Below, one piece after another: positions 11,144-20,566 of a DNA stretch of 64,000 nt (within the stretch, counting starts at the first letter, position 1; each line of letters starts with the position of its first letter). The notes under the pieces are model-generated. The model was not told the DNA's origin and made no database searches. It saw only the letters and a list, made by a program, of their open reading frames with translations. The translations under genes and the position numbers were made by a program. This stretch comes from an uncultured Poribacteria bacterium (GTDB lineage: Bacteria; Poribacteria; WGA-4E; WGA-3G). Where the stretch lies: positions 4,864,001 through 4,928,000 of the forward strand of contig OX638351.1 of NCBI GenBank assembly GCA_951813565.1, read 5' to 3'.

Positions 11144-11902
11144 TTAACTAAAAAATAATAGATGTATACCGGTTGCAAACAGCAAAATTAGGACAATTCT
11201 GGAAAAGATACGTTCTGGGAAACGGTTATTCAGATAGACGCCAACCTGTACGCCGAGTCCAACAAACGGCAGAAGTGCTAAAGCCTCTATGATGATTTCA
11301 AAAGAAAAAAGCCCGAGATGGAAATAGAACGGAAACTTAACCATGTTGATGAAGAAGTAAAGTACAGTCGTTGTGGCAACGAATGTGCGGTTGCCCAACC
11401 GCTGTGGTAAAAGATACATGACGATGATCGGTCCCGCCATGTGCGCAAGCGTTGAAAAGATACCTGCGACGATACCTGCAAGTACGCCATGCCACGTTTT
11501 GAAACGGACAACGGGTTCTTCATCAGTAGAATCTGGGTTCAGCCGCTGCATTATTCGGGGCCTAAAAAATTCTAATACGGCAAATAGACAGACAATACCT
11601 CCAATGACTTTCTTTAAATGGACGTCTGATATGTCATTTAAGATGAAACTCCCGAAAGCGATGCCGATGATGGCACTCGGTACAAGTTGCCAGATGTTTT
11701 GGCGGTGCCACTGCTTCCAATAGTGCCCCAATGAAAAAACATCTGTTGAGAAGAGTAGCGGAAGCATCAGACCGAGAACACTTCGGATGGGACGGAATTG
11801 GGCAAATAGTGGAACAACTATCATACCGATGCCACCACCGAAGCCTGCTTTGCTTACGCCTGTTAGCCATGTCCCTAAACATAAGATGATTATTTCGTAG
11901 AT
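11144..11902 (-). CDS. TauE/SafE (sulfite exporter) family membrane protein
   Basis: The frame extends upstream of 11824 through LTGVSKAGFGGG to an ATC codon at 11902, 7 nt after AGGAGA; multi-TM protein. Confidence 0.8.
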   Translation of the reverse strand: MYEIIILCLGTWLTGVSKAGFGGGIGMIVVPLFAQFRPIRSVLGLMLPLLFSTDVFSLGHYWKQWHRQNIWQLVPSAIIGIAFGSFILNDISDVHLKKVIGGIVCLFAVLEFFRPRIMQRLNPDSTDEEPVVRFKTWHGVLAGIVAGIFSTLAHMAGPIIVMYLLPQRLGNRTFVATTTVLYFFINMVKFPFYFHLGLFSFEIIIEALALLPFVGLGVQVGVYLNNRFPERIFSRIVLILLFATGIHLLFFS

Positions 11903-12232
11903 ATGGGTTTCTCCTGATAGCGTTCAATAGTCATTGTGCGGTTTATGATAGCGAATTTTGGCGGTTTTGTCAAGATAGAATTGGCTATCGGGTGTGTAAA
12001 GTTTTTGTAGAAATCCGCACAACTCCTATTGTAGGGGCGGGTCTCCGGGGAATGCCAAAAGGCATTCGGACCCGGTGAATGACTAAAGACGAATGCGCCA
12101 AATCAACGGTATGAATGCCTGCTGGCATTCCCCGTATGGCATTCGCCATGGTTCATACCGTTGATTTCTTGATTTGGTGCCTGCCCGTTGCATAGCACGT
12201 CCTGCGCAGTGGCGGGGCACAGGAACCCCGCC

Positions 12233-12539
12233 CATAGGCGTCAATTTAAGCACACAATTACCAGATTGCCTCTTGTGGGAGGGAAACCTTATAAGCCCGA
12301 TTTATATGTATTTATCGGGGTTGAAAACCCGACAAATGCCAAAAAGCGCATTTGGCGTTGATTTGGCAGCATGCCACACGCGCATGCTGCGTTGATTTGG
12401 ACAAATGCCAAAAGCAGAATCAACGCCGAGCGCGCGTATGGCACTCGTCGCATTTGGCGTTGATTTGGCAGCATGCCGGACGCGCATGCTGCGTTGATTC
12501 ACTCCCACAAGAGGGTATATCCTTAAATTGACGGCTATG
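12233..12539. mobile_element. MITE, CATAGGYGTCAATTTAAG TIR family, 17-bp TSD
   Basis: Flanks GGCACAGGAACCCCGCC (12216-12232) and GGCACAGGGACCCCGCT (12540-12556). Confidence 0.8.
12331..12501 (-). repeat. Head-to-tail array of 34-35 nt AATCAAC hairpin elements
   Basis: Units 12331-12365, 12366-12399, 12400-12467 (with an inverted unit nested at 12416-12449) and 12468-12501, inside a REP hairpin. Confidence 0.85.
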
Positions 12540-12632
12540 GGCACAGGGACCCCGCTCTACAGTGGAAAACGCCGCGTAATCATTGCAAATTGAACCTATG
12601 TAACCAAATATTTACACACCCTTGGCTATCGG

Positions 12633-13568
12633 CAGGGTTATTCAGTTTTCAACAAGCCACTTGCTCTCTGTCGTTTCGCATGAGTTAGGAATTACCCTCA
12701 CGCAGCAAAGTGTTAGCAACAAAACCAACGAAATACCGATCTCAACAGAGATCCTCAAGACCTTTGATGTGAAGGGTAAAGTCATCACAACCAAATCAAC
12801 GGTCCGAATGCGCGTTTGGCATTCCCCGGATGCGCTTTTGACACAACGAACTTTCTACCACGCACTCATAGATGGTGATGGAGACTATATGCTCCCTGTC
12901 AAAGACAACTAACCTGACCTTTTAGATGCGATTGAGAAACTTTTTCAAGACGTTCCTGACACACTTTCTGAGGAGACAACACACCCTGTTTTAGGAGAAC
13001 CGATCCACATTTACGAGACAGTTGAAAAATCACAGGGTAGACTTGAGACAAGGTGTCCCAAAGCAAGCACAAGTCTCAATGCGTATCTGGACTGGCCAGG
13101 GATAGCACAAGTGATCCAATATCATTGGACGGACAAAAGTCTGAACACACAAGAAGAAACACACAAAGTCCACTATGGTATAATACCAAATTAACGAGTT
13201 TTGTATTGTTTTCACTGCTGAGAACACGGGCGGGCACAGAGACCCGCCCCTACGATTTTGGGTAATTTGGTATAACAAGTCTAAAACCCGAAGCAGCATC
13301 TGCCGAACGCTTACTGACTGGACGGCGTGGACATTGGTCAATAGAGAACAAGTCGCACTGGATGCGGGGACGGTGCTTGTAGAAGATGCCTCTCCTGTCC
13401 GATGCGGTGCTATACCACAAGTCATGGCAGCAAATCGTAATACAACATTATCGTTAGGACGATTTGCAGGGTATACAGCTATCTCTGATACAATCAAATA
13501 TCTCGCTTCAAAACCTAAACTCGTAGTTAACCCTATAAAATGAAAATTCATAAAACTGAATAACCCTG
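12633..13568 (+). mobile_element. Internally deleted, degraded ISAs1-family element (transposase pseudogene)
   Basis: TIRs CAGGGTTATTCAGTTTT / AAAACTGAATAACCCTG; fragments KTNEIP, DALLTQ, YMLPVKDN, VEKSQGRLETR, IPQVMAA in broken frames. Confidence 0.88.
13184..13272. mobile_element. 89-bp MITE, TACCAAATT TIR family, 3-bp TAA TSD
   Basis: Interrupts the transposase HYGITS codons; relatives at 39821-39959, 40195-40528 and 47843-47931, all with TAA/TTA duplications. Confidence 0.85.
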
Positions 13569-13757
13569 GAGCAAACAAGCGTGTAAAGTTTTTGACATTA
13601 TCTATTTCTCTTTTGTAGGAGTGCTTTGTCCGCACGATGCAAAGTAGTGAATGCTAAACGCGCATTCGGTGTTGATTTAGTCGTATCCGTAACAAATAGA
13701 GGCGGGCACAGAGACTCGCCTCTACAGCACAAGTGAAGGATATGAGAAACAATCTGC

Positions 13758-15071
13758 TTACTCTTCTAATTCAATAATAACTGTTGCTCGCTTTTCTGGC
13801 GCAAAAATAGTTTTAGCCAAGTTTTCTATATCTGCATCGGTCACCTGCTGAATTGCAGCCCTTAACTCTTTACCGTTGATTTTCAGTTGATATTGACGTC
13901 CAATACTAAAGGCTAAACTGTACATATTCTCTCCCCACTGTGCATCCGGTATGTCAACTGTTCCCAAGAAAGCCAACATATTAATCGCTTGTCGTTTCTC
14001 TTGTGGTGTAAGTTTAGGCTTCAATGCCGATTGCAGACGTTGGTTCAACTCTTCCAGCACAACATCAACATCTTCTTCAGATGTCAATTCTGTCTGGAGG
14101 ACAAGCGTAGTTGGATCGTCAAAGGGTGGATAAAAAATAGGTTGAACTTTGCCCATCTGAAATTTGGTTCGTAGCGCATACACCATACGTGAGTATACTA
14201 TAAGAAATGGCACATATTCTTTGCTATTGGGGAGCGGTGCTGCATATCCGATAGCAGCGACTCCGGTTGCATTTGGCATAACAGGTTGGACATTGATTCT
14301 GTTAACATTCCCCGCTTTAGGTTTGGGTTTAGGATGAGGTTCCGGTAGTAACTTGCCGCGAGCAATTTGACTAAAGTTTTCGTGGATGGATTTCTTTGCC
14401 TCCTCAATGTCAAACTTACCTGCCACAACTAAGATTGCATTATTCGGCTTATAGTAATCTTGCCAAAATTGCTTTAATTCATCAAGTGTGAACGTTTGGA
14501 CATGGGCAATTGCACCGCCACGTTGTCCACCTTGAGGGATAGGGTGCAACTGTGCTCGCGCATGGTTCACACCTGCTAACATTGGGATTCCACCATACAT
14601 GTTAGTCAATTCCTGCTCCACACGAGGCACTTCACGTTCAATGTCCGCTTTAGTGATGCGAAGGTCGTTCATGCGTGCTGCTACATCCTTGATTTCTTCT
14701 GCAAATTGCTCTGAATCAACAACGCCTGCAATGACAGTATACTCTGTTCCGGTTTGTGCATTGCAACCTGCAGGATAGTGTCTGAAAAACTGCTGCGCAT
14801 CACGCACTGGTGTTTCACCTGCAGCAGCTGTGACATACATGTGTTCCATTAAGTGCGCCATCCCTGATTTGCCTATTGGATCGTGATTTTCACCGATATT
14901 GTATAGCACTACAAAAGCAATTTTGTTTGCCGTAGGTACGGAACGTAGAATCACGGTAAGTCCATTATCCAATTTATAAGGTTCAATAGTTTCTGCAGAT
15001 AAGGTTGATGCCACGAACAATATACCTATAATTATCGTTATCAAAATGATGTGCTTAATTCTGTTGGTCAT
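13758..15071 (-). CDS. Secreted M16 (insulinase/pitrilysin) family peptidase
   Basis: Signal peptide; HLMEH (HXXEH); YYKPNNAILVVAG. Confidence 0.9.
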   Translation of the reverse strand: MTNRIKHIILITIIIGILFVASTLSAETIEPYKLDNGLTVILRSVPTANKIAFVVLYNIGENHDPIGKSGMAHLMEHMYVTAAAGETPVRDAQQFFRHYPAGCNAQTGTEYTVIAGVVDSEQFAEEIKDVAARMNDLRITKADIEREVPRVEQELTNMYGGIPMLAGVNHARAQLHPIPQGGQRGGAIAHVQTFTLDELKQFWQDYYKPNNAILVVAGKFDIEEAKKSIHENFSQIARGKLLPEPHPKPKPKAGNVNRINVQPVMPNATGVAAIGYAAPLPNSKEYVPFLIVYSRMVYALRTKFQMGKVQPIFYPPFDDPTTLVLQTELTSEEDVDVVLEELNQRLQSALKPKLTPQEKRQAINMLAFLGTVDIPDAQWGENMYSLAFSIGRQYQLKINGKELRAAIQQVTDADIENLAKTIFAPEKRATVIIELEE

Positions 15072-15423
15072 TTTTGTTACCTCCAAGTGTTAAATCTTCA
15101 GACATAGATTTTCTGAGTTCAGCTTTCCTATATTCATGACGAAAAACAAAGAAAAACATCCCAAATAGGAATGTACATAACAAACCGCAGAGACCAAATC
15201 CGTACCATATTCCGTAAGGTTGTCCTAAAAAATATGCAATTATACCAACTACAAGTGAAATAAATCCCACTGCAAATGCAAAAGTGTTGACACCTAAAAC
15301 AAGTTTTTTTGCCTTTCCTTTTGGGATGAATATGCCTGCCAAAGTTCCGACAAGCGCTCCAAGGATGCCGACAAAACTACCCAATAGACCAAACCATCCA
15401 GGGTGAAACCAAGGTTCATTCAT
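15055..15423 (-). CDS. Small membrane protein, MNEPW paralog 3
   Basis: Three hydrophobic segments; paralogous to its neighbours; RBS AAGGAG. Confidence 0.8.
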   Translation of the reverse strand: MNEPWFHPGWFGLLGSFVGILGALVGTLAGIFIPKGKAKKLVLGVNTFAFAVGFISLVVGIIAYFLGQPYGIWYGFGLCGLLCTFLFGMFFFVFRHEYRKAELRKSMSEDLTLGGNKNDQQN

Positions 15424-15796
15424 TAGAAATCTCCTTATCTTTTTTGTTACCAACAAGCGTTAAATCTTCGGACATCAGTTTCTTCATTTCAGCATCTCTT
15501 GCTCTTTTAAGAATTACCCAAAAACCTAAACCAAAAAGAACTGTGCCCAGTATTCCAGCACCACCGAATCCGTACCATACACCATAAGGTTGTCCTGATA
15601 GATTAGCGATGATACCGACTACGAGTGAGATGAACGATAAGACGAACGCGAATGTGTTAACACCTAAAGTAAGTTTTATTGCTTTTCCTCTCGGCACAAA
15701 CGCACCCCCCAATGTTCCTATGAGCGCGCCAAGAATACCAATTATTGAACCTAATATAGCACCTATCAATCCAGGGTTCATCCAAGGTTCATTCAT
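15416..15796 (-). CDS. Small membrane protein, MNEPW paralog 2
   Basis: Shared PxGKA, GQP and MSEDLTL motifs; RBS AGGAGG. Confidence 0.8.
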   Translation of the reverse strand: MNEPWMNPGLIGAILGSIIGILGALIGTLGGAFVPRGKAIKLTLGVNTFAFVLSFISLVVGIIANLSGQPYGVWYGFGGAGILGTVLFGLGFWVILKRARDAEMKKLMSEDLTLVGNKKDKEISNE

Positions 15797-15875
15797 TAGA
15801 GACCTCCTATTCTTCATTGCTGTCCTTGTGACTTACCTCTTTACCTACAAGTGTTAAATCTTCAGACATCAATTT

Positions 15876-16190
15876 TCAAAGTTCACCATCTCTTGCTCTT
15901 TTGAGAATTATCCAATAAACGATACCAAAAAGAATTGCCCAGTCTAATCCGTAAAAACCAGACCGCAACCATACCCAACGAGGCTGTCCGAAAAAATATG
16001 CAATGACACCAAACACAAGAAAAATAAATCCCATAACAATTCCGAAAGCGATAACGCCTAAAGTCAATTTCTTAGCTTTTCCTTTTGGCACAAACAACCA
16101 TCCCAATGTTGCGACAAGTGGACCGAGAGGGATGAATATTGCCATGATTAAAAGACCTAATGTCTCCTGTGAAATCCAAGGTTCATTCAT
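15876..16190 (-). CDS. Small membrane protein, MNEPW paralog 1 (premature TGA before the conserved tail)
   Basis: After TGA the frame continues KLMSEDLTLVGKEVSHKDSNEE to TAG at 15807-15809. Confidence 0.75.
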   Translation of the reverse strand: MNEPWISQETLGLLIMAIFIPLGPLVATLGWLFVPKGKAKKLTLGVIAFGIVMGFIFLVFGVIAYFFGQPRWVWLRSGFYGLDWAILFGIVYWIILKRARDGEL

Positions 16191-16203
16191 TAGTGTTTCC
16201 TCC

Positions 16204-16494
16204 TCATTTTGATTCTTCATAAGCTTTGATAAGCGCTCTTGCTGCACCCTGCGTCAACGTCCCCTCCGCAACCATCAACCGAATTTTCAGCAAAAACGGA
16301 TTTTCCTTATCCGAGTCATCAGCGATCTCTATTTTCTCAATAAGCCGATTCAGCCGAATTCGCAAGGTAGGATATGAAACCTTATACTGTTTTGCCAAGT
16401 CCTTGAGCGACCCAGAAGCGAGGACAAATCGTTTGATAAAATGGATTTCTTCTTCGCTCAAAACTGATAACCATTTGGGATTTTGTGTTTCCAT
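16204..16494 (-). CDS. DUF2089-family HTH protein (putative regulator)
   Basis: FIKRFVLASGSLKDLAKQYKVSYPTLRIRLNRLIEKI signature. Confidence 0.85.
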   Translation of the reverse strand: METQNPKWLSVLSEEEIHFIKRFVLASGSLKDLAKQYKVSYPTLRIRLNRLIEKIEIADDSDKENPFLLKIRLMVAEGTLTQGAARALIKAYEESK

Positions 16495-16542
16495 AATGTT
16501 GATCTTCCCTTAAATGCCAACGCAATTTAAGGTATAAAATAG

Positions 16543-16571
16543 ATTATAACATTAAATAATGTTAAAGTCAA
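16543..16571 (-). promoter_or_regulatory. Sigma70 promoter with overlapping palindromic operator
   Basis: TTGACT-17-TATAAT; palindrome TAACATTA-AA-TAATGTTA at 16547-16564. Confidence 0.7.
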
Positions 16572-16866
16572 ATTTAATTTTATTAAAGTTTGGTAATTAA
16601 AGATTTTAACGGTGTGGATAGGTCTCAAGACTGGTAGGTTCGGTTTCCCAACCGAACCGAATTTATCCCAGCAACGGCACACAGGTTTTTTGAAATCGGC
16701 ACATAGGATGTGATTTCGAATATATCCAGAGCGGTTAGGAAACTGCTCCTACCTTTCTTGGAACGTCAATTGTACCGCGGTTTTCTTAAATTTATGTCTA
16801 TTGGAGATTTTGACAGGATGGTGTTGGAATAGATTATTCGAATACTGAGTCTTCTGTCTATTCCTT

Positions 16867-18774
16867 TTAATCAGCGGTAATAGTTTCCAATGGAGGGAGT
16901 TCTGGGTAATTGCCACGCGCATTTCGCCATGCGATGACACCTTCAACAATCATCCAAACCTGCAAACCTTCAACAACAACACCGAATCCGAAAAGCAGAT
17001 AATTGCCTTTTGCCAGCCACCCCGTTTCTGGAACAAACATCTGGTGTAGCATTGCCCACGCAGGCATGAGGAGCATAACTACCATCGGAAGAAAAGCAAA
17101 CCAGATCGGTTTGTTGCGCCGCACGAGATAGAACACGATGACCATAAAGGCTAATCCTGCCAAGAGTTGATTGGTTGCACCAAAAAGGGGCCAGAGCGTC
17201 ATTCCGCCACTACCGGGCCCACCCGATCCTTGCAGCAATGCGACAGCCGCCGCAAGCACCAATGCAAACGCAGTCGCCACGTAACGATTTGTCAACGGTT
17301 TGATGTTAGCAGTTTGCGCGAGTTCTTGGATGACGTACCTTTGCAAACGCGTTGCTGTATCTAATGTTGTGGCAGCGAAACTTGCCACAAGTACTGCCAT
17401 TATCGCAATCCCCATTTTAAGTGGAATGCCGAGAGATGCAAGGAAATTGCCACCACCATCAACAAAGGCACTAACCTTTTCTCTGAGTTTGTGGCTTGCC
17501 CAACCACCACCAACAATTGTTGTTGTGCCATCTGGATTGGTCACTTTTTCACCTACTGCATATCGGGTTCTCCATGCATCTTGATTAACAACGGGTTGCG
17601 AGTTTCCTTCTTGGAGGATAGGTTGGAACGTGTAACCTCCTGCACTGGTGGAGTCAACAGTACGGTTGAAAATGCCCATACCGATGCCAGCACAGCACGC
17701 AATAATAACAACAACAGCAAGACCGCCTTCAAGCAGCATTGCACCGTATCCAACGTATTGTGCATCGTCTTCGGAGGCAACCTGTTTGCTTGAAGTTCCT
17801 GAACTGACCATGCAGTGGAAACCGCTGACCGCACCACATGCAATCGTAATGAAGAGGAAGGGCCAAATCGGCGGGGCATCGGGTGGAATGTCAGATGCAA
17901 TTGCGGGGGCAGAAACAAAGAGGTCTGCTTTACCTGTAAATCCTGCAACTGCAAGCCCAAGCACTAAGAGAACCAATGCTAATACCAATTCATGACTGTT
18001 GATGAAATCGCGAGGTTGTAAGAGTGTCCATACAGGCAGCACGGAGGCAATGAAGCAGTAGACAAAAAGCACTAAAGTCCAAATTACAACGACGTTCAAG
18101 TAGGTTTGTCCGAGCAAATCAATGCCAAGCCATTTTCCTAAGTCTATCGGTAGAACGTACGCACCGACAGCCATTGCAATATACATGATACCGAGTGCAA
18201 TGATAGATGGGACAAGAATATTGCCACCACGGCGATAAATCCAAACACCGATGGCGACAGCAAGCGGGATTTCCACCCAGACTGACAAAACTGATTCAGG
18301 ATAGTAGGAAAAAATCAGGGCAATGACCAAACCGAAGATAGCAAGGACAATAGTCAAACCCATAAAGAGGACGAATAGAAATAGAAACTTGGCACGCGGA
18401 CCGATCATTCTACCGGCAACTTCACCAACACTTTGTCCTCTATTGCGGAGTGAAACGACTAACGCGCCAAAATCATGGACAGCACCAATAAAAACAGATC
18501 CGAGGACGACCCAAAGCAATGCTGGCAACCAACCCCAAAAGACTGCAATGGCGGGACCGACGATCGGACCTGTGCCAGCAATGCTTGTAAAGTGATGTCC
18601 GAAGATGATCTCTTTTTTGGTAGGAACGTAGTCTACATCATCTTTCAGTTCTTGACTTGGCACTTTTGCTTGGGGGTCTAAGCCAAAAATTTTTCTCGCT
18701 AACCACTTGCCATACGTATTGTATGCCACAATAAAGCCGACAAAACTCAAAACAGCAATAATCAGTGTGCTCAT
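16867..18774 (-). CDS. cstA: Carbon starvation protein A family transporter
   Basis: FGHHFTSIAGTGPIVGP, IACGAVSGFH, TTLDTATRLQRY. Confidence 0.95.
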   Translation of the reverse strand: MSTLIIAVLSFVGFIVAYNTYGKWLARKIFGLDPQAKVPSQELKDDVDYVPTKKEIIFGHHFTSIAGTGPIVGPAIAVFWGWLPALLWVVLGSVFIGAVHDFGALVVSLRNRGQSVGEVAGRMIGPRAKFLFLFVLFMGLTIVLAIFGLVIALIFSYYPESVLSVWVEIPLAVAIGVWIYRRGGNILVPSIIALGIMYIAMAVGAYVLPIDLGKWLGIDLLGQTYLNVVVIWTLVLFVYCFIASVLPVWTLLQPRDFINSHELVLALVLLVLGLAVAGFTGKADLFVSAPAIASDIPPDAPPIWPFLFITIACGAVSGFHCMVSSGTSSKQVASEDDAQYVGYGAMLLEGGLAVVVIIACCAGIGMGIFNRTVDSTSAGGYTFQPILQEGNSQPVVNQDAWRTRYAVGEKVTNPDGTTTIVGGGWASHKLREKVSAFVDGGGNFLASLGIPLKMGIAIMAVLVASFAATTLDTATRLQRYVIQELAQTANIKPLTNRYVATAFALVLAAAVALLQGSGGPGSGGMTLWPLFGATNQLLAGLAFMVIVFYLVRRNKPIWFAFLPMVVMLLMPAWAMLHQMFVPETGWLAKGNYLLFGFGVVVEGLQVWMIVEGVIAWRNARGNYPELPPLETITAD

Positions 18775-18860
18775 ACGCGAAACTCCGACTTTTCAATTTA
18801 GTGGTTACCAACATATAGAAATTTAAAATTCCTATGCATTCTCTTTTGGATTTACGGCGT

Positions 18861-19005
18861 TTGTAGTCGCGCAATTCATTGCGCCTCTTACATTCATAGT
18901 AGTGCCTCGTCAAGTGATAATTGATGGGTTTGAAAGTAGTCGGGAATCGGAGTTCCCTTCTACCATAAACGTTCCATCGGTAGGAGCGATCTCCGAATCG
19001 CGACG
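18861..19005. repeat. Cluster of GTAG-footed REP hairpins
   Basis: GTAGTCGCGCAATTCATTGCGC, GTAGTCGGGAATCGGAGTTCCC and GTAGGAGCGATCTCCGAATCGCG; the same types recur across the window. Confidence 0.8.
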
Positions 19006-19191
19006 AACAATAATATGTTGACAAAGCAGTAATGTGTTTAGAAATTCTTACCGACCAAACTCTAAAGTCACAGCGGGCGAAATGTGTATTACTGAGGATT
19101 TTTGTGTATTGTCACACAGAAATAATACTCAAATACTACAACTTTTAGGTGGCAACTTGGGCAATAATTATATGTCTTACAATAATTAACT

Positions 19192-20361
19192 TTACCTCAC
19201 CCCGGTTAAAATCTCAAAAGTGAGCTGATCTAATTTTTCGTATCCAAGTCCTTTTTGAGCAATGGTGTCCGGTTGGAAGTCTATATTTCTCAGTTTTTCT
19301 GAATTCTCAGCACTATAATTTGCCATAAGTGCTTCAAGTTCAGGATCACGTGCGTGTAGTTCAGAGAGAATACCTTGAATCTCATCGTCTTCATTGAAAC
19401 GTTGTGCTTTTGTTTTCAGTATCAGATAGCTGCACATACAGCCAGCAGCAAAGTCCCAAACACCTTGTTCATCTTCAGTTCGGTAGGCGTGTGCATCAAA
19501 ATGTCTGTTGCCATCCCAGTTGACATCTTCAAGGAATTTTACAAGGAAAAACGCACTTTTGATGTTTTCTGATCCGAAGCGTAAATCCTGATCAAATCGA
19601 CTCATCTTCTGGTCATTGAGGTCAATATGAAAAAGTTTGCCAGCCTCATACGCTTGCGCGACGCCATGTAGGAAATTCAAGCCTGCCATCGTTTCATGAG
19701 CGAATTCAGGATTAACACCAACCATCTCAGAGTGATCAAGCGTCTCAATAAAATGCAGCATGTGTCCCGTTGTAGGAAGATAGATGTCACCACGAGGTTC
19801 ATTCGGCTTCGCTTCTAAAGCAAATTTGAGATTATAGCCTTGATCTTTGACGTAGTGCGTGAAGTAGTTCATCGCTTCACGGTTCCATTTTACGGTGTCC
19901 GGGCCGTTTTTAGCGGCATCAACTTCAGCACCTTCGCGCCCACCCCAAAACACGTATACTGTCGCCCCAAGTTCCACACCAAGATCAATAGCGTTCAACG
20001 TTTTCTGAATTGCAAATGCTCTGACCTTTGGATCGTTAGAGGTAAACGCACCGTCTTTGAAAATTGGATGGTAAAAAAGGTTAGTTGTTGCCATTGGCAC
20101 CTTCATATTGTGATCGGAAAGTGCCTTTTTGAATTCACGGACAATTTTATCACGTTCAGCGGCTGAAGCGTCAAATGGGACCAGGTCGTTATCGTGTAAG
20201 TTAACGCCGTACGCGCCTAATTCGCTTAATTTCTGGACGCTATAAGTCGGTTTTAAAGGGGGTCTAACAACGTCTCCGAATGGATCACGCCCTGGATTTC
20301 CCACGGTCCACAACCCAAAAGTAAACTTGTGTTCAGGTTTGGGCTGATACTGATCTGACAT
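19192..20361 (-). CDS. xylA: Xylose isomerase (class I, short type)
   Basis: [38 protein letters not shown]. Confidence 0.97.
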   Translation of the reverse strand: MSDQYQPKPEHKFTFGLWTVGNPGRDPFGDVVRPPLKPTYSVQKLSELGAYGVNLHDNDLVPFDASAAERDKIVREFKKALSDHNMKVPMATTNLFYHPIFKDGAFTSNDPKVRAFAIQKTLNAIDLGVELGATVYVFWGGREGAEVDAAKNGPDTVKWNREAMNYFTHYVKDQGYNLKFALEAKPNEPRGDIYLPTTGHMLHFIETLDHSEMVGVNPEFAHETMAGLNFLHGVAQAYEAGKLFHIDLNDQKMSRFDQDLRFGSENIKSAFFLVKFLEDVNWDGNRHFDAHAYRTEDEQGVWDFAAGCMCSYLILKTKAQRFNEDDEIQGILSELHARDPELEALMANYSAENSEKLRNIDFQPDTIAQKGLGYEKLDQLTFEILTGVR

Positions 20362-20445
20362 GCATTAACTCCTATTTTGTTTGTCGTTTGCGTTGGATTA
20401 TAACATATTTTCAATATATTTGGCAATATATTTTACACACCCAGG

Positions 20446-20566
20446 CAGGGTTATTTAGTCCTCCATATTTTCGGTTATTCTTGAATGCCCCTCTTGCTGT
20501 AGGAGCGAGCTCCAGCTCGCGACTTTTGACGAAAATGTGCAAAAACCCTAAAACTAAATAACCCTA
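20446..20566. mobile_element. ISAs1-derived MITE with 10-bp TSD in the thrC 3' end
   Basis: TIRs CAGGGTTATTTAGT / ACTAAATAACCCTA; CACACCCAGG duplicated at 20436-20445 and 20567-20576. Confidence 0.88.

Larger units (their letters stand above)
11990..12621. mobile_element. MITE, GGGTGTGTAAA family, expanded by nested insertions; 9-bp TSD
   Basis: TTGGCTATC duplicated at 11981-11989 and 12622-12630. Confidence 0.9.

Noticed and set aside
12331..12501. CRISPR array
   Set aside because: Only a ~10-nt motif is constant, the units are themselves related hairpins found singly elsewhere, there are no unique spacers, and no cas genes are present.
13030..13635. 201-aa minus-strand ORF
   Set aside because: Antisense to the ISAs1 remnant and crosses a MITE; no RBS or motif.
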